Assembly (NCBI GenBank): GCA_023129255.1
Contig: JAGMCH010000060.1
Coordinates: forward strand, 1-60,658
Origin: Dehalococcoidales bacterium
Lineage (GTDB): Bacteria; Chloroflexota; Dehalococcoidia; Dehalococcoidales; BS750m-G39
Length of the DNA: 60,658 nt
Direction: 5' to 3'
The number at the start of each line of letters is the position of its first letter. Position 1 is the stretch's first letter. The notes beneath the pieces are model-generated. The model was not told the DNA's origin and did not search any database. It saw only the letters and a program-made list of their open reading frames with translations. The position numbers and the translations under genes were made by a program. This document shows positions 43,721 to 55,264 of this stretch, one piece after another.

Positions 43721-43948
43721 AAAATTTTTCTTCTCCCCCAACCCCCCCCCGCTGTTTTAAAAAATCTCTTTTCCCCCACCCACCCGCCCTCGGGAGCTTT
43801 GCCCTTAATACCTTTTGCTATTGGGGTGTCTGGAAGGGCAAAGTCCCCAAATATATTACGGGGAGTCTTAGAGGGGCGAAGCCCCTCTTATACAACTAAT
43901 CCCCCCTCCCTTGTAAGGGAGGGGGATAAAGGGGGAGGGTTGCTAAGT
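43721..43948 (+). repeat. Composite multi-hairpin GC-rich repeat, copy F4
   Basis: Contains TTTTTCTTCTCCCCCAACCCCCCCCCGCTG, CCCCCACCCACCCGCCC, GGGAGCTTTGCCC and GGAAGGGCAAAGTCCCC. Then GGGGAGTCTTAGAGGGGCGAAGCCCCTCTT and CCCCCCTCCCTTGTAAGGGAGGGGGATAAAGGGGGAGGGTTGCTAAGT. Collinear with copy F2. Confidence 0.85.
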
Positions 43949-43977
43949 GAATGTTTAAAGGGGGTGAGGTAGATAAA

Positions 43978-45006
43978 TTATCCCTCCCACAGGGTTGGCT
44001 GAGGAGGTTTTTCTTTGTTATAGGGCAGACCCAGGTGCTGATAGGCTAGCTGGGTGGCTAATCTACCACGAGGGGTGCGCTCCAGAAAGCCAAGTTGAAG
44101 CAGGTAAGGCTCATAGACATCCATGATAGTATCTGCCTCCTCGCTGATAGAGGCAGCGATGGTATCCAGTCCCACCGGTCCCCCGTTAAACTTGTCAATG
44201 ATGGTATGTAACACCTTGTGGTCTATCTCATCCAGACCTATATGGTCGACTTCAAGCTTGGATAGTGCCTCAACGGCTACCGGTTGGGTGGCTACACCCT
44301 CTGCCTTCACCTGAGCATAGTCCCTGACCCGCTTGAGCAGTCGGTTAGCCACCCGGGGTGTACCCCTGGCCCGGCGGGCTATCTCCTTTAGCCCTCCCCC
44401 TTCCGCTTTTACCTGGAGAATTTTGGCTGAGCGAATGAGGATTGTCTCTATAGCTGCCTGGTCATAGAAATCGAGGCGGTAAACGGCGCCGAATCGGTCT
44501 CTTAGGGGTGGGCTGAGCAGGGCAAAGCGGGTGGTGGCACCAATCAGGGTAAAGGCAGGCAGGTTTAGCCGCAGGCTTCGGGCACCGGGACCCTTGCCGA
44601 TAATGATATCCAGGGCGAAATCCTCCATAGCCGGGTATAGCACCTCTTCTACCGCCCGATTTAAGCGGTGGATTTCATCAATAAACAGTATATCGAGGTT
44701 GCGCAAATTGGTTAGGATAGCTGCCAGGTCTCCGGTGCGCTCCACCGCCGGACCTGAGGTAATCCTGATGTTGACCCCCATCTCAGCGGCAATGATATAA
44801 GCCAGGGTGGTTTTGCCCAGGCCGGGGGGACCGTAGAGCAGGACATGGTCCAATGCCTCTTCCCTGCCTTTAGCCGCAGTGATAGCTATCTTCAGGTTTT
44901 CCTTAATCTTGTCCTGCCCGATGAAGTCATCAAAGCATCGGGGTCGGAGGCTAGTATCAAGGGTTACATCCTCGGCTCCGGGCTTACCTGAAATAATGCG
45001 GTCTAT
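43978..45006 (-). CDS. ruvB: Holliday junction branch-migration helicase RuvB; conserved N-terminus requires a non-canonical start (ATA 45004-45006)
   Basis: Walker [10 protein letters not shown], Walker B LFIDEIH, and sensor and winged-helix regions. The frame stays open upstream of the track start (TTG 44853) and reads (I)[56 protein letters not shown], the canonical RuvB N-terminus. There is no ATG/GTG/TTG between the upstream TAA and 44853. GGAGGG lies 6 nt before ATA. Confidence 0.85.
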   Translation of the reverse strand: MDRIISGKPGAEDVTLDTSLRPRCFDDFIGQDKIKENLKIAITAAKGREEALDHVLLYGPPGLGKTTLAYIIAAEMGVNIRITSGPAVERTGDLAAILTNLRNLDILFIDEIHRLNRAVEEVLYPAMEDFALDIIIGKGPGARSLRLNLPAFTLIGATTRFALLSPPLRDRFGAVYRLDFYDQAAIETILIRSAKILQVKAEGGGLKEIARRARGTPRVANRLLKRVRDYAQVKAEGVATQPVAVEALSKLEVDHIGLDEIDHKVLHTIIDKFNGGPVGLDTIAASISEEADTIMDVYEPYLLQLGFLERTPRGRLATQLAYQHLGLPYNKEKPPQPTLWEG

Positions 45007-45032
45007 TTCAATCCCTCCCTGCTGGTCACCAT

Positions 45033-45041
45033 ATTATAACA
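45033..45041 (-). promoter_or_regulatory. Extended -10 promoter element (TGTTATAAT) for ruvB
   Basis: Minus strand reads TGT-TATAAT about 27 nt upstream of the proposed ruvB start, just after the rpoC terminator. Confidence 0.45.
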
Positions 45042-45052
45042 TATCTGAGGCG

Positions 45053-45093
45053 GGGTAAAACAAAGAGCCGCCTCTCTGCTTTGGGCGGCTCTT
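45053..45093 (-). terminator. Rho-independent terminator after rpoC
   Basis: Minus strand reads AAGAGCCGCC-caaagcagaga-GGCGGCTCTT followed by TGTTTTA. Confidence 0.75.
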
Positions 45094-45121
45094 AATCTTA
45101 AAGCCATCGGTGGTGCCATAC

Positions 45122-48100
45122 TTAGCTGGTTGTCTCTTCCTCTTTATTCTCTTCACCGGCGCTCAAGCTCGGCGTCTCCTCGGCTACCAGGCTTGGCGGT
45201 TCCTCGGAGACCGGGCTGTAAGCTGGAATCAGCTTACCGATGATTACATTTTCCTTAAGCCCAACCAGCCTATCAATCTCGCCTTTGATCGCAGCTTCGG
45301 TGAGCACCCTGGTGGTCTCCTGGAAGGAAGCTGCTGCCAGCCAGCTCTCAGTATTCAGCGAGGCTCTGGTTATGCCCATAAGCACCGAGTGGGCGGTGGC
45401 TGGCTCACCTCCTTCAGCCAGTACCTTGGCGTTAATATCCTCGTAACGGAATATGCCTAGCAGCTCCCCGGGCACCAGCTCGGTGTCACCCGAGGAGTCA
45501 ATGCGGACCTTAGACAGCATGCGATGGACGATAACTTCAATGTGTTTATCGTTGATATTCACTCCCTGGGAGCGGTATACCTTTTGCACCTCATCTACCA
45601 GGTATTGCTGGGCTACCTCCTTACCTAGAATATGCAGGATATCCTGTGGGTTGATAGAACCCTCGGTAAGTCGCTGTCCTGCCTTTATGTGCTCTCCACT
45701 TTGAACACGAATATGGGCACTAGCCGGAACCGCGTATTCCTGCTGCTGCTCCTCCATGTAACTGATAACTAGCTGGACACCTTTAATAGTTACCTCCCCA
45801 GCGACACGTGCCAGGATAGGTTTGGTTTCAGTAGTTAGGGCTTTTGACTTTTTTGACGAAGCTTTAGCCTTAGGTGGGCTGGCTAACTCGGCGCCTATAT
45901 CCACCCATTGACCGTCCTTCACCATAACCTGCCACTTTGGTGGCAGCGGATACTCATCATGGTACACCTCAGAGCTGGTAACCTTTATCACCTTCCCCTC
46001 CTCATCCTGAACCACCTCAGCCACCCCGTCTATTTCTGAGATAATGGCTTGACCCTTGGGTGGTCTGGCCTCAAAGAGTTCTTCCACTCTGGGCAGACCG
46101 CTGGTGATGTCAAGCCCTACCACGCCGCCGGTGTGGAAGGTACGTAGAGTTAACTGCGTACCTGGCTCACCGATGCTCTGGGCGGCAATTATGCCTACGG
46201 CGGTGTTGGGGTCAACCAGATGCCCCCGGGCAAGGTCTCGGCCATAGCACTGCTGGCAGGCACCGTGCCTGGAGTGGCAGCTAAGGGGAGAGCGGACATG
46301 AACCTTGGTTAACCCGGCAGCAATAATTTCCTTTGCCTTCTGCTCGTCAATCTCCTCATTTCGGTCAACGATGACTTTCTTGGTCTTGGGTTTAACTATT
46401 TTGCTGGCCGCCAACCGACCGATTATTCGCTCAGCCAGTGGTGGTAGCAGTTCCCCTTCTTGCGGTTTAGATATCCATGTGCCATCGGTAGTGCCGCAGT
46501 CCTCTTCGCGAGTGATAACATCCTGGGCAACATCAATGAGGCGTCGGGTGAGATAGCCGCTATCCGATGTCCTCAGGGCGGTATCGGCTAGTCCCTTTCT
46601 GGCACCATGGGTGGAGATAAAGTATTCCAGAACGCTCAAGCCTTCACGCAGACCTGACTTGATAGGGAAGTCTATTATTTTGCCCGAGGGGTCAGTCATC
46701 AACCCCCGCATACCTGCCATCTGTCTGATCTGGGAAATATTACCCTTTGCCCCCGATGTTGCCATCATGTAAATGCCACCATAGCGGTCAAGAGTCTGGG
46801 AGATGATATCAGTAATCTTGTCGGTAGTTTCCATCCATACCCCTATGGTGTTATTATACTTTTCGTCCTCGGTGATTAAGCCACGGTTATACTGGTTTTC
46901 AATAATGGACACCCTCTCCCCGGCCTCTTCCAGTAGCTTGGGCTTGCTCTGAGGAACTTGAATATCGCTCATAGCAATGGTAGTTCCCGATTTAGTGGCA
47001 TAGCGGAAGCCTAGCTGCTTGATGTTGTCCACTACTTTAGCGGTATCCTCGTTACTTAGCAGCTTATAGCAATCGGTTACTATTTGCTTTAAGCTTGACT
47101 TATCAATGGCTTTATTGTAGAAGCCCAGCTCGGGGGGCAAAATATCATTAAAGATGATACGACCCACGCTGGTCTTAATCTTCTGCCCGTTTTCTTGTTG
47201 CTTTCTGACCTCAATCTCGGCTCTGAGGTCAATATATCCCAGTTCATAGATGAGCTTTGCCTCTTCAAAGCTACCGAAGATTGTGCCCTCACCCTTGGCT
47301 CCGGGTATGATAGTAGTCAGGTAATAGCAGCCAAGAACCATGTCCAGGGTTGGGGTTATTATTGGCTCACCGGAGCTTGGCAGCAGCATATTGTGGGTGC
47401 TGAGCATGATTTCCCTGGCTCCCTTAACCGCAGCTTTAGACAGGGGAACATGAACTGCCATCTGGTCACCATCAAAATCGGCATTGAAAGCAGCACATAC
47501 TAGGGGATGTATCTGGATGGCACTGCCACCAATGAGCACTGGCTCAAAGGCTTGGATGCTAAGCCGATGCAGGGTGGGAGCCCGGTTAAGCAACACCGGC
47601 TGCTCCTTGACTACCTCCTCAAGTATGTCATATACCTCTGGCTTATTTCTCTCCACCAGCCGGCGGGCACTCTTGATGTTGTGGGTAAGCCCTTGCTCCA
47701 TCAGACGGCGCATAATAAAGGGCTTAAATAGCTCCACCGCCATCCGTCTTGGTAGTCCGCACTGGTGAAGCTTAAGCTCGGGGCCAACCACGATAACCGA
47801 GCGTCCACTATAGTCAACCCGCTTGCCCAGCAGGTTCTGGCGAAAGCGCCCTTGTTTGCCCCGCAGCATGTCTGAGAGTGACTTAAGTTTATGATTACCG
47901 CTAATCGAGATGGCTCGTCCTCGCCTGCCATTATCGATAAGGGAATCGACCGCTTCCTGGAGCATTCTTTTCTCGTTGCGGATGATAACCGCTGGCGCCT
48001 CTATCTCCAGCAGGTGACGCAACCGGTTATTGCGGTTAATGACTCGCCGATAGAGGTCATTGAGGTCACTGGTGGCGAATCTACCTCCGTCTAGCTGAAC

Positions 48101-49024
48101 CATAGGTCTAAGGTCGGGAGGTAGGACAGGCAGCACAGTTACAACCATCCACTCTGGCTTATTGCCGCTGCGGCGAAAAGCCTCCACTACCTGTAGCTGC
48201 TTAGCCGCCTTTCGGCGGCGTTGACCTGAAGCAGAGCGGGTTTCTCGGAGTAGCTCATTACGCATTTCGTTAAGGTTGACGTCCTTAAGTAACTGCAGAA
48301 TAGCCTCAGCCCCCATCTCGGCGCTGAAAACCTGACCATATCTTTGTTTCAGCTCATAATATTGACTCTCGGTGAGCAGGGCACATTTCCGCAGGTCCTT
48401 TAGCTGTTCCACATTGGCAGAAAGCTTCTCCTTAAGCTGCGTTTCTTCCTCGGAGAAGTCTTGCCGCATTCGGTTTATCTCCTCTACTTTTGCCCCCTCC
48501 TTCTCCTTCTCGGTAACTTTAGCCTCCAGCTCGCTCTGTTTTTCCTCTATTTGCTGCAGGCAGTTCTCCTCCAGTTGCTTGATTGCTTCCTGGCACGCCT
48601 CCTCGTCTATGGAGGTGATGATGTAATGAGAGAAGTAGAGGACACGCTCCAGGCTCCGCGGTGATAGGTCAAGCAGCAGTCCCAAGCGGCTGGGTATCCC
48701 CTTGGCAAACCAGATATGGCTCACCGGGCAGGCCAGCTCAATGTGCCCCATGCGCTCTCTTCTCACCTTGGCCCGGGCGACCTCAACGCCACACTTATCG
48801 CAGATGACCCCCTTGTAGCGTATCCTCTTGTACTTACCACAATAACATTCGAAGTCCTTGGTGGGACCAAAGATTCTCTCACAGAAAAGCCCGTCTCTTT
48901 CTGGCTTCAGGGTGCGGTAGTTAACCGTCTCTGGCTTGGTTACCTCGCCGTAGGACCAGCTCCTAATCTGCTCCGGTGAAGCCAGTGAGATACGAATAGC
49001 ATCAAAATCGTTGACTTCAAGCAT
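45122..49024 (-). CDS. rpoC: DNA-directed RNA polymerase subunit beta'
   Basis: Zn-binding [23 protein letters not shown], catalytic NADFDGDQM, trigger-loop and bridge-helix regions. 1300 aa. Confidence 0.98.
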   Translation of the reverse strand: MLEVNDFDAIRISLASPEQIRSWSYGEVTKPETVNYRTLKPERDGLFCERIFGPTKDFECYCGKYKRIRYKGVICDKCGVEVARAKVRRERMGHIELACPVSHIWFAKGIPSRLGLLLDLSPRSLERVLYFSHYIITSIDEEACQEAIKQLEENCLQQIEEKQSELEAKVTEKEKEGAKVEEINRMRQDFSEEETQLKEKLSANVEQLKDLRKCALLTESQYYELKQRYGQVFSAEMGAEAILQLLKDVNLNEMRNELLRETRSASGQRRRKAAKQLQVVEAFRRSGNKPEWMVVTVLPVLPPDLRPMVQLDGGRFATSDLNDLYRRVINRNNRLRHLLEIEAPAVIIRNEKRMLQEAVDSLIDNGRRGRAISISGNHKLKSLSDMLRGKQGRFRQNLLGKRVDYSGRSVIVVGPELKLHQCGLPRRMAVELFKPFIMRRLMEQGLTHNIKSARRLVERNKPEVYDILEEVVKEQPVLLNRAPTLHRLSIQAFEPVLIGGSAIQIHPLVCAAFNADFDGDQMAVHVPLSKAAVKGAREIMLSTHNMLLPSSGEPIITPTLDMVLGCYYLTTIIPGAKGEGTIFGSFEEAKLIYELGYIDLRAEIEVRKQQENGQKIKTSVGRIIFNDILPPELGFYNKAIDKSSLKQIVTDCYKLLSNEDTAKVVDNIKQLGFRYATKSGTTIAMSDIQVPQSKPKLLEEAGERVSIIENQYNRGLITEDEKYNNTIGVWMETTDKITDIISQTLDRYGGIYMMATSGAKGNISQIRQMAGMRGLMTDPSGKIIDFPIKSGLREGLSVLEYFISTHGARKGLADTALRTSDSGYLTRRLIDVAQDVITREEDCGTTDGTWISKPQEGELLPPLAERIIGRLAASKIVKPKTKKVIVDRNEEIDEQKAKEIIAAGLTKVHVRSPLSCHSRHGACQQCYGRDLARGHLVDPNTAVGIIAAQSIGEPGTQLTLRTFHTGGVVGLDITSGLPRVEELFEARPPKGQAIISEIDGVAEVVQDEEGKVIKVTSSEVYHDEYPLPPKWQVMVKDGQWVDIGAELASPPKAKASSKKSKALTTETKPILARVAGEVTIKGVQLVISYMEEQQQEYAVPASAHIRVQSGEHIKAGQRLTEGSINPQDILHILGKEVAQQYLVDEVQKVYRSQGVNINDKHIEVIVHRMLSKVRIDSSGDTELVPGELLGIFRYEDINAKVLAEGGEPATAHSVLMGITRASLNTESWLAAASFQETTRVLTEAAIKGEIDRLVGLKENVIIGKLIPAYSPVSEEPPSLVAEETPSLSAGEENKEEETTS

Positions 49025-52000
49025 TTTTCTCTTCTACCTTTTCCTCTGGTTCAGTTTGACTCTCGGCAGCCTCAGGCTCTGATTCCAGTTTAGGGGTTTC
49101 AGTAACCTCCTTGGTAGCCTCAGGCTTTGCTTCCAGTTTAGAGGTTTCAGCAACCTCCTTGGCAGCCTCAGGCTCTGCTTCTAGTTTAGGGGTTTCAGCA
49201 ACCTCCTTGGCAGCCTCAGGCTCTGCTTCCAGTTTAGGAGTTTCAGCAGTTTCCTTGGCAGCCTCAGGCTCTGCTTCCAGTTTAGAGGTTTCAGCAACCT
49301 CCTTGGCAGCTTCAGGCTCTGCTTCCAGTTTAGGGGTTTCAGCAACCTCCTTGGTAGCCTCAGGCTCTGCCTCTAGTTTAGAGGTTTCAGCAACCTCCTC
49401 GGCGGTTGCTCTTTCCTCTTCGTTAATTACCTCAATAGCCAGCCCCAGGCTTTGCAGTTCCTTGACCAGAACCTTGAATGATTCTGGCACGCCGGGTTGG
49501 AGAATATCTTCATTCTTAACTATAGCCTCATAGGTTTTGGCTCTGCCGGTGACGTCGTCTGACTTAATGGTCAGGATTTCTTGAAGGTTATGGGCGGCGC
49601 CGTAGGCTTCCAGTGCCCATACCTCCATCTCACCAAAGCGTTGACCACCAAATTGAGCCTTACCGCCCAGGGGCTGCTGGGTAATCAGGGAGTAGGGTCC
49701 GGTGGAGCGGGCGTGAACCTTATCCTCAACCAGGTGGATTAACTTCATCATATAGATGTTGCCCACCGTTACCGGCTGGTCAAAGGGTTGGCCGCTTCGC
49801 CCGTCGCGGAGAACAACCTTGCCTATGATAGGTGGGGGCAGGTTCCGCTCCGTTTTTACCCTCTCCACTGCTTCCTCTAGTTGCTGTTGGTCAAGGTCTC
49901 GGCTGTCTATGCCCAGGTCTTCAAGCCACAGGCGCAGGCAAACATCCTTCGCCTCCCCCGGGCAGTCATCACTGAACACCCTATCCCCATTGTAGCCATG
50001 ACTTTCAAGCCACTCATTAGCCTTCTCCATTTTAAGGGTGGGGTGCTCATTAGAGGGGCTAAGGTCAACGGCGCCACTTCTTTGAGCTATCCAGGCTCTG
50101 GCTAGAGCATCCTCAATGGCAGCATCACTGGCACCATCAAAAACAGGGGTGAGCACCTTGAACCCCAGCATCTGGGCAGCCCATCCCAGGTGGGTTTCCA
50201 GAACTTGGCCCAGATTCATCCGTGATGGGACACCTATGGGGTTGAGGATAATATCTACTGGTGTACCATCGGGAAGGAAGGGCATATCCTCAGCCGGCGC
50301 TATCAGGGAGATGACCCCCTTATTGCCATGCCGCCCGGCTAACTTATCCCCCACCGAGATTCTTCGCTTCTGGGCAATCCAGGCCTGAACCCACTGGTTA
50401 ACCCCAGCCGGCAGGTCATCACCACTATCACGGGAGAAGACCCTGACATTAATCACCTTGCCCCACTCACCATGAGGCACCCGCAGGGAGGTATCCTTCA
50501 CCTCCCGGGCTTTCTCACCGAAGATAGCCCTAAGCAGTTTCTCCTCAGCCGATAGCTCGGTCTCCCCCTTGGGGGTGATCTTACCCACCAGTATATCGTC
50601 CGGACCCACCTCAGCGCCAATGCGAACAATGCCAGTTTCATCAAGCTCGCGCAGGCTTTCCTCACCGACATTGGGTATATCCCGGGTAATCTCTTCCGGT
50701 CCCAGCTTGGTATCGCGGGCTTCTACCTCATGCTTCTCAATGTGAATGGAGGCGAACTTGTCCTGCTCCACCAGACGGTTACCGATGATAATAGCATCCT
50801 CAAAGTTATAGCCTTCCCAGCTCATAAAGGCACAGGTTACATTCTGTCCCAGAGCCAGCTCCCCGTATTCGGTAGATGAGCTATCGGCTAGAACCTGCCC
50901 CGGCTCCACCCGGTTGCCCTTGCCTACTATAGGCTGCTGGCTGATACACGTCCCCTGATTGGTGCGGACAAATTTCATTAGTGGGTATACGTCCTTATCG
51001 CCGTTATCCCTGGTGACCACAATATGGGAGCTGGTAACCGAGTTGACTACCCCGGCGTTTTGGGCAAAGATGACCTGCCCGCTGTACTTGGCGACTTCTA
51101 TTTCCATGCCGGTAGCTACCACCGGCGCCTCAGGGCGGAGCAGGGGTACCGCTTGCCGCTGCATATTAGACCCCATCAGGGCACGATTGGCATCATTATG
51201 CTCAAGGAAGGGAATCAGGGCGGTGGCAACGCTAACTATCTGCTTGGGTGATACGTCAATGAACTCTATTCTGTCACGCCCTTCCAGTAGATAGCGGTCA
51301 CCTAATCTGGCCTCAACCCTTTCGTCAACAAATTGGTTCTTCTCATCAAGGCGGGCATTAGCCTGGGCAATAATATATTCATCCTCTTTATCTGCCGTCA
51401 TATAGACGACCTCATCAGAGACAAAGGGCACCACCTTTATCTTTCTGGGCGGTAATTTAGATAGCTTGGTGGCAAGCTTGGGGGTAATGGTAGTCCTGGC
51501 TTTGGCTACGGCATTACCCTTGTCATTAAGCACTGCCTTCTGGATTGTCCTGCCCTCCAGCTCGTCAGAGGTATTGTTCACCTCAGCGATAACTCTGCGG
51601 TATGGTGTCTCAATGAAGCCATATGGGTTAATCTGTCCATAGGTAGCTAGAGAGCCGATAAGACCAATGTTAGGTCCCTCTGGTGTCTCAATGGGGCAGA
51701 TTCTACCGTAGTGGGAGAAGTGGACATCGCGGACCTCAAACCCAGCCCGCTCTCGTGATAGCCCCCCCGGCCCCATTGCCGATAGGCGGCGCTTATGGGT
51801 TAGCTCAGCCAGTGGGTTGGTCTGGTCCATAAATTGTGATAGCTGTGAGCCGCCGAAGAACTCCCTGACCGCAGCCACTACCGGGCGAATGTTGACCAGA
51901 ACACTGGGGGTAACGACATCAGCACTGATAATACTCATCCGCTCCCTGACCACTCGCTGCAGGCGCAGTAACCCAATGCGAAACTGGTTTTGAATTAGCT

Positions 52001-53012
52001 CACCAACGGTGCGCACTCGCCGATTTCCCAGATGGTCTATATCATCGGGGATATCGTTCCTATTATTAATCATAATGATGTGTCTTACTATCTCGACAAT
52101 ATCTTCCTTGGTTAGAGCCCGTTTGCTTTCCAAAATATCAAGCCGCAGTCGCTTGTTAAGCTTATAGCGACCTACCTCCCCCAGGTCATAGCGCAGGGGG
52201 TCAAAGAACAGATTCTTTATTAGTTTTTTGGCATTTTCAATATTAGGTGGGTCGCCGGGGCGCAACTTTCTATAGATATCGAGCAGAGCTTCAGGCTCAT
52301 CCTTGACCAAAGGCTCGCGCTCCATAGTTGACCTGATAAATTGGTGCTCCGGGGAGTTATCCGCACCGGAGAATAGCTCCAGCAGTTGCTTCTCACCACT
52401 ATAACCGATAGCCCGCATCAGTGTGGTGATGGGAATCTTGCGTTTGCCGTTTATCTTGGCTGAGATTACATCCCGATTGCTGGTCTCAAACTCTAGCCAA
52501 GCCCCGCGGGCGGGGATTAGCTTAGCATGGCACAATTCACGGCCACTAGTGGCATCTTCTTCAAGGGTGAAATAGACACCTGGAGAACGGAGTAACTGGC
52601 TTACTGTTACCCGTTCGGCACCACTGGTAATGAAGGTGCCTTTAGCCGTCATCAGTGGAATGTCACCGAAAAACAGGTCTTGTTCCTTGATTTCCCCGGT
52701 TTCCTTAACCAGAAGTTGTGTCCTGACATAGAGGGGGGCGGAGTAGGTGAGGTCTTTTTGGCGGCACTCCTGCTCGGTGTAATGAGGCTCGCGGAATTCA
52801 TAGTCTATGAAGCTGAGCGCCAGTCGGTTGCCGGTGAAGTCCTCAATAGGAGATATCTCCCCCAGCAACTGCCTTAGCCCCTTCTCCTGGAACCAGCGGA
52901 ATGAATCGGTTTGAACCTTAATCAGATTTGGCACCTCTAATATCTGGGGCAACCTGGCGTAAGATTTCCTGGGTGCGAGAGGCACCTTCTGTTCAATGTT
53001 TGTTGGCAACAT
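49017..53012 (-). CDS. rpoB: DNA-directed RNA polymerase subunit beta, with a repetitive acidic C-terminal extension
   Basis: Conserved beta-subunit blocks (..GPNIGLI.., ..GRHGNKGV.., ..MNVGQ-like [12 protein letters not shown]..). 8-nt overlap with rpoC. C-terminal ~125 aa contain seven 16-aa repeats. Confidence 0.98.
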   Translation of the reverse strand: MLPTNIEQKVPLAPRKSYARLPQILEVPNLIKVQTDSFRWFQEKGLRQLLGEISPIEDFTGNRLALSFIDYEFREPHYTEQECRQKDLTYSAPLYVRTQLLVKETGEIKEQDLFFGDIPLMTAKGTFITSGAERVTVSQLLRSPGVYFTLEEDATSGRELCHAKLIPARGAWLEFETSNRDVISAKINGKRKIPITTLMRAIGYSGEKQLLELFSGADNSPEHQFIRSTMEREPLVKDEPEALLDIYRKLRPGDPPNIENAKKLIKNLFFDPLRYDLGEVGRYKLNKRLRLDILESKRALTKEDIVEIVRHIIMINNRNDIPDDIDHLGNRRVRTVGELIQNQFRIGLLRLQRVVRERMSIISADVVTPSVLVNIRPVVAAVREFFGGSQLSQFMDQTNPLAELTHKRRLSAMGPGGLSRERAGFEVRDVHFSHYGRICPIETPEGPNIGLIGSLATYGQINPYGFIETPYRRVIAEVNNTSDELEGRTIQKAVLNDKGNAVAKARTTITPKLATKLSKLPPRKIKVVPFVSDEVVYMTADKEDEYIIAQANARLDEKNQFVDERVEARLGDRYLLEGRDRIEFIDVSPKQIVSVATALIPFLEHNDANRALMGSNMQRQAVPLLRPEAPVVATGMEIEVAKYSGQVIFAQNAGVVNSVTSSHIVVTRDNGDKDVYPLMKFVRTNQGTCISQQPIVGKGNRVEPGQVLADSSSTEYGELALGQNVTCAFMSWEGYNFEDAIIIGNRLVEQDKFASIHIEKHEVEARDTKLGPEEITRDIPNVGEESLRELDETGIVRIGAEVGPDDILVGKITPKGETELSAEEKLLRAIFGEKAREVKDTSLRVPHGEWGKVINVRVFSRDSGDDLPAGVNQWVQAWIAQKRRISVGDKLAGRHGNKGVISLIAPAEDMPFLPDGTPVDIILNPIGVPSRMNLGQVLETHLGWAAQMLGFKVLTPVFDGASDAAIEDALARAWIAQRSGAVDLSPSNEHPTLKMEKANEWLESHGYNGDRVFSDDCPGEAKDVCLRLWLEDLGIDSRDLDQQQLEEAVERVKTERNLPPPIIGKVVLRDGRSGQPFDQPVTVGNIYMMKLIHLVEDKVHARSTGPYSLITQQPLGGKAQFGGQRFGEMEVWALEAYGAAHNLQEILTIKSDDVTGRAKTYEAIVKNEDILQPGVPESFKVLVKELQSLGLAIEVINEEERATAEEVAETSKLEAEPEATKEVAETPKLEAEPEAAKEVAETSKLEAEPEAAKETAETPKLEAEPEAAKEVAETPKLEAEPEAAKEVAETSKLEAKPEATKEVTETPKLESEPEAAESQTEPEEKVEEKNA
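49064..49400 (-). repeat. Tandem repeat, 7 x 48 nt, coding (RpoB C-terminal tail)
   Basis: The unit GCAGCCTCAGGCTCTGCTTCCAGTTTAGGGGTTTCAGCAACCTCCTTG recurs with few substitutions. It encodes [16 protein letters not shown]-type units. Confidence 0.9.
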
Positions 53013-53148
53013 AAAACTCGTCTCTTGCTCTACCTATAAAAAAGTGGGCAAAATTTTACATAAATGCAGCACTAGTCCCAAATGAAACCAGTGGTCAATA
53101 AAGGGGTATAATAAGGTGAAAAGGTTAGTGGCATAATTACAACCCTAT

Positions 53149-53177
53149 ATGTTATCACGAATTCTAAATTTTGTCAA
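53149..53177 (-). promoter_or_regulatory. Promoter for rpoBC
   Basis: Minus strand reads TTGACA (53172-53177), 17-nt spacer, TAACAT (53149-53154), about 135 nt upstream of the rpoB ATG. Confidence 0.5.
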
Positions 53178-53225
53178 TACCCTTTTGCCCTATTTTTGAT
53201 TAAAAATGGATTAATTGCCCTCAAT

Positions 53226-53573
53226 TCATGGATGTAGTGGGATGAGGCAAATGAAACGAAGCACCTCGCCGCCGGTATTGACAAAGCAATGTTGCTCATT
53301 GGGGGCAATAAAGACGACACTACCCGTGCCTATTGGGGTCTCTCCCTGTTCGCCTACCACCACCCCCTCGCCGGAAAGGATAAATACCTCATGTTCCCAC
53401 TGGTGGGAATGGTTGGGGGTGGAGCTACCCGGCTCAACCTCAAACACCCTCATATAGAAATTCGGTGCCCCGTCTTCGGCGGTAATAACCTCGCGCTTAA
53501 GTACTCCGGGCAATTCTTCAGTGGGCTGGGTATCAACATAATTACTTACTTTCATAGCTGTCCTTTGCCTCAT
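53226..53573 (-). CDS. Cupin-domain protein
   Basis: Cupin motifs GSSTPNHSHQWEHEVFILSGEG and GSVVFIAPNEQH. 115 aa. Confidence 0.85.
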   Translation of the reverse strand: MRQRTAMKVSNYVDTQPTEELPGVLKREVITAEDGAPNFYMRVFEVEPGSSTPNHSHQWEHEVFILSGEGVVVGEQGETPIGTGSVVFIAPNEQHCFVNTGGEVLRFICLIPLHP

Positions 53574-54313
53574 TTGCTGGCGAGAAACTCCTGCTTTAGT
53601 TCCTCGGCTACTTCCTGAAATCGCCGGTTGTGCGCATCTCTACCCTCAAGGTAATCGGAAGGGACCCACTCCATCTCCTTTAAATTTTCCACCATCATGG
53701 GCAGCTGGTCGTAGGGGATGGATATAATTACCAGGCCTTTCGGCAGTACCTGTCTTGAGTTCCAGCCCGAACTAAAATTGGTGACGGTAAAATTCAATTC
53801 GCCGCTCAAGTAGGGATAAATGAACAGCCAGGCGCAGCCGATTACTGTTGTCCCTTTAGCCGTCCACATTTTGCCGGTGGTATAGCTATAGGCTCTGAGT
53901 AAGATTTCGGCTTGGGTCGGGTCGGCAGTAAACACTAATACGTCGGGCTCGAACGTCATTTTGTCCATGGGGGAGAAAACGATATATCTAGCGGTACCCT
54001 GGGCCAGTCTGGGAACGGGCGGATAGATTCTTTGGTTGGCGCGGGCTTCCTTAAAGAGCCCCAACTTGGGTCCCATCTGCCCGCTCTCGAAAATTGGGTC
54101 AGGCTCCTCCATGCCCAATATTAGTGGTCCTACGCACTCGAAATCTTCTTTGGTGGCGTAAAAAGGGCTTCCTTGGTGGGCTTCTGGAAGCATCTCGCAG
54201 AAAGCTAAGGTCTTATCCAGTTTCTTGATTCCAGACGGTTTATTGAGTAGGAACTTAATGCCTACCGGCGGTCGGTCGAAGTTAAACTTTTTAAATATGG
54301 ATAAGTCGCTCAT
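53570..54313 (-). CDS. DUF169-family protein
   Basis: N-terminal PVGIKFL..LAFCEM pattern and ~250 aa size typical of DUF169 (COG2043). 4-nt overlap with the cupin gene. Confidence 0.7.
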   Translation of the reverse strand: MSDLSIFKKFNFDRPPVGIKFLLNKPSGIKKLDKTLAFCEMLPEAHQGSPFYATKEDFECVGPLILGMEEPDPIFESGQMGPKLGLFKEARANQRIYPPVPRLAQGTARYIVFSPMDKMTFEPDVLVFTADPTQAEILLRAYSYTTGKMWTAKGTTVIGCAWLFIYPYLSGELNFTVTNFSSGWNSRQVLPKGLVIISIPYDQLPMMVENLKEMEWVPSDYLEGRDAHNRRFQEVAEELKQEFLASK

Positions 54314-54330
54314 CTTGCCCTCCTTTTAAC

Positions 54331-54412
54331 TGGGGAAGGGGGGATTTGAACCCCCACGCCTTGCGGCACATGATCCTAAATCATGCTCGTCTGCCAATTC
54401 CGACACTTCCCC
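54331..54412 (-). tRNA. tRNA-Leu (anticodon UAG)
   Basis: Minus strand reads GGGGAAGTGTCGGAATTGGCAGACGAGCATGATTTAGGATCATGTGCCGCAAGGCGTGGGGGTTCAAATCCCCCCTTCCCCA. The 7-bp acceptor stem pairs GGGGAAG with CTTCCCC. Anticodon stem is CATGA/TCATG with loop TTTAGGA. Long variable arm and T-loop GGGGGTTCAAATCCCCC. Confidence 0.93.
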
Positions 54413-54515
54413 TTGCAAAAAGCTGCTTAATATTTTAGCATATTACTTAACAATATTGTAGCTGCTTGACACCCGTTACTTATGGGTATATCTTGATACT
54501 GTTGAGGAGGAAGAT

Positions 54516-55199
54516 ATGTGGAAGAAGTTGACCGCAAAATGGAAACCGTTAGCTATAGGCTTGGGTCCAGTGGTGTTCCTTTTACTTGTTTTCTCGTTTG
54601 TGCCTATCATGCGGGTCTCTTATGTGGTTGAAGAGACGTATCAGGCTACGGAGACCTATTATGTCAGGGAAAGCTATACCGCGATGGAACCTTATACAGT
54701 CATGGAGCCCTATATAGAAATCGAAATCTACTGTGACGGGGAGCCCTGCGAGAAATTTATTCCAATTGACTATTCAGTAATTGGTGGAGAGGGTTATAAC
54801 TATATTGATGGTTCAGGGTGTCATATTGAATTATATATCAAGAACACAGACGTAATAGGTGGCACTTTTACCGTGGAATTCCTTATAATATTACAAACAG
54901 GCGGAACCACCACAATAGCTGGGTCAAAATATATAGAGGCAGGTAGCATTGGAACGGTCTCAGCATCCTACGAAGGTGCACCTTTGAAAACCCGGCATTC
55001 TTATACATATTCTGTTGATGCTCCAAAAAAGCTCAATCCGGCATATGAAGAGGTAGAGGTTATTAGGTATCGACCAGTAACAGAGTATAGGGAGACTATC
55101 AAGTACAGATTTGTCCCTGAAGAGGTGACTGTATTAAAGACGCGAATCGTAACACGCTATAAAAGGGTTTCCTCGCTGGAGTATTTAACAAGCTACTAA
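54516..55199 (+). CDS. Hypothetical membrane-anchored protein (227 aa)
   Basis: GAGGAGGAAGAT RBS. One N-terminal TM helix. Short E-x-Y periodic segment. No known motif. Confidence 0.55.
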   Translation: MWKKLTAKWKPLAIGLGPVVFLLLVFSFVPIMRVSYVVEETYQATETYYVRESYTAMEPYTVMEPYIEIEIYCDGEPCEKFIPIDYSVIGGEGYNYIDGSGCHIELYIKNTDVIGGTFTVEFLIILQTGGTTTIAGSKYIEAGSIGTVSASYEGAPLKTRHSYTYSVDAPKKLNPAYEEVEVIRYRPVTEYRETIKYRFVPEEVTVLKTRIVTRYKRVSSLEYLTSY

Positions 55200-55264
55200 G
55201 CCCTTCTCGTTAGCTATGAATCTCTTAGACCCCTTGACGTTGTCTATCACCATATCTCACCGGG

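Noticed and set aside
49064-49400. Possibility that the 48-nt tandem repeat, or the dispersed palindromic repeats, is a CRISPR array
   Set aside because: The rpoB units are contiguous with no spacers and are in-frame coding. The palindromic repeats are scattered at irregular multi-kb intervals in both orientations, and no cas genes are present.
49111-49533. 140-aa + strand ORF with repeated [15 protein letters not shown] units
   Set aside because: It is the antisense reading of the rpoB 48-nt tandem repeat. It lies entirely inside a highly conserved essential gene.
45110-52877. Many 60-140 aa + strand ORFs across rpoC/rpoB (for example 45110..45460, 47195..47503, 50959..51294)
   Set aside because: All are embedded antisense in rpoB/rpoC and lack RBSs and motifs. 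They are typical shadow ORFs of GC-biased coding DNA.
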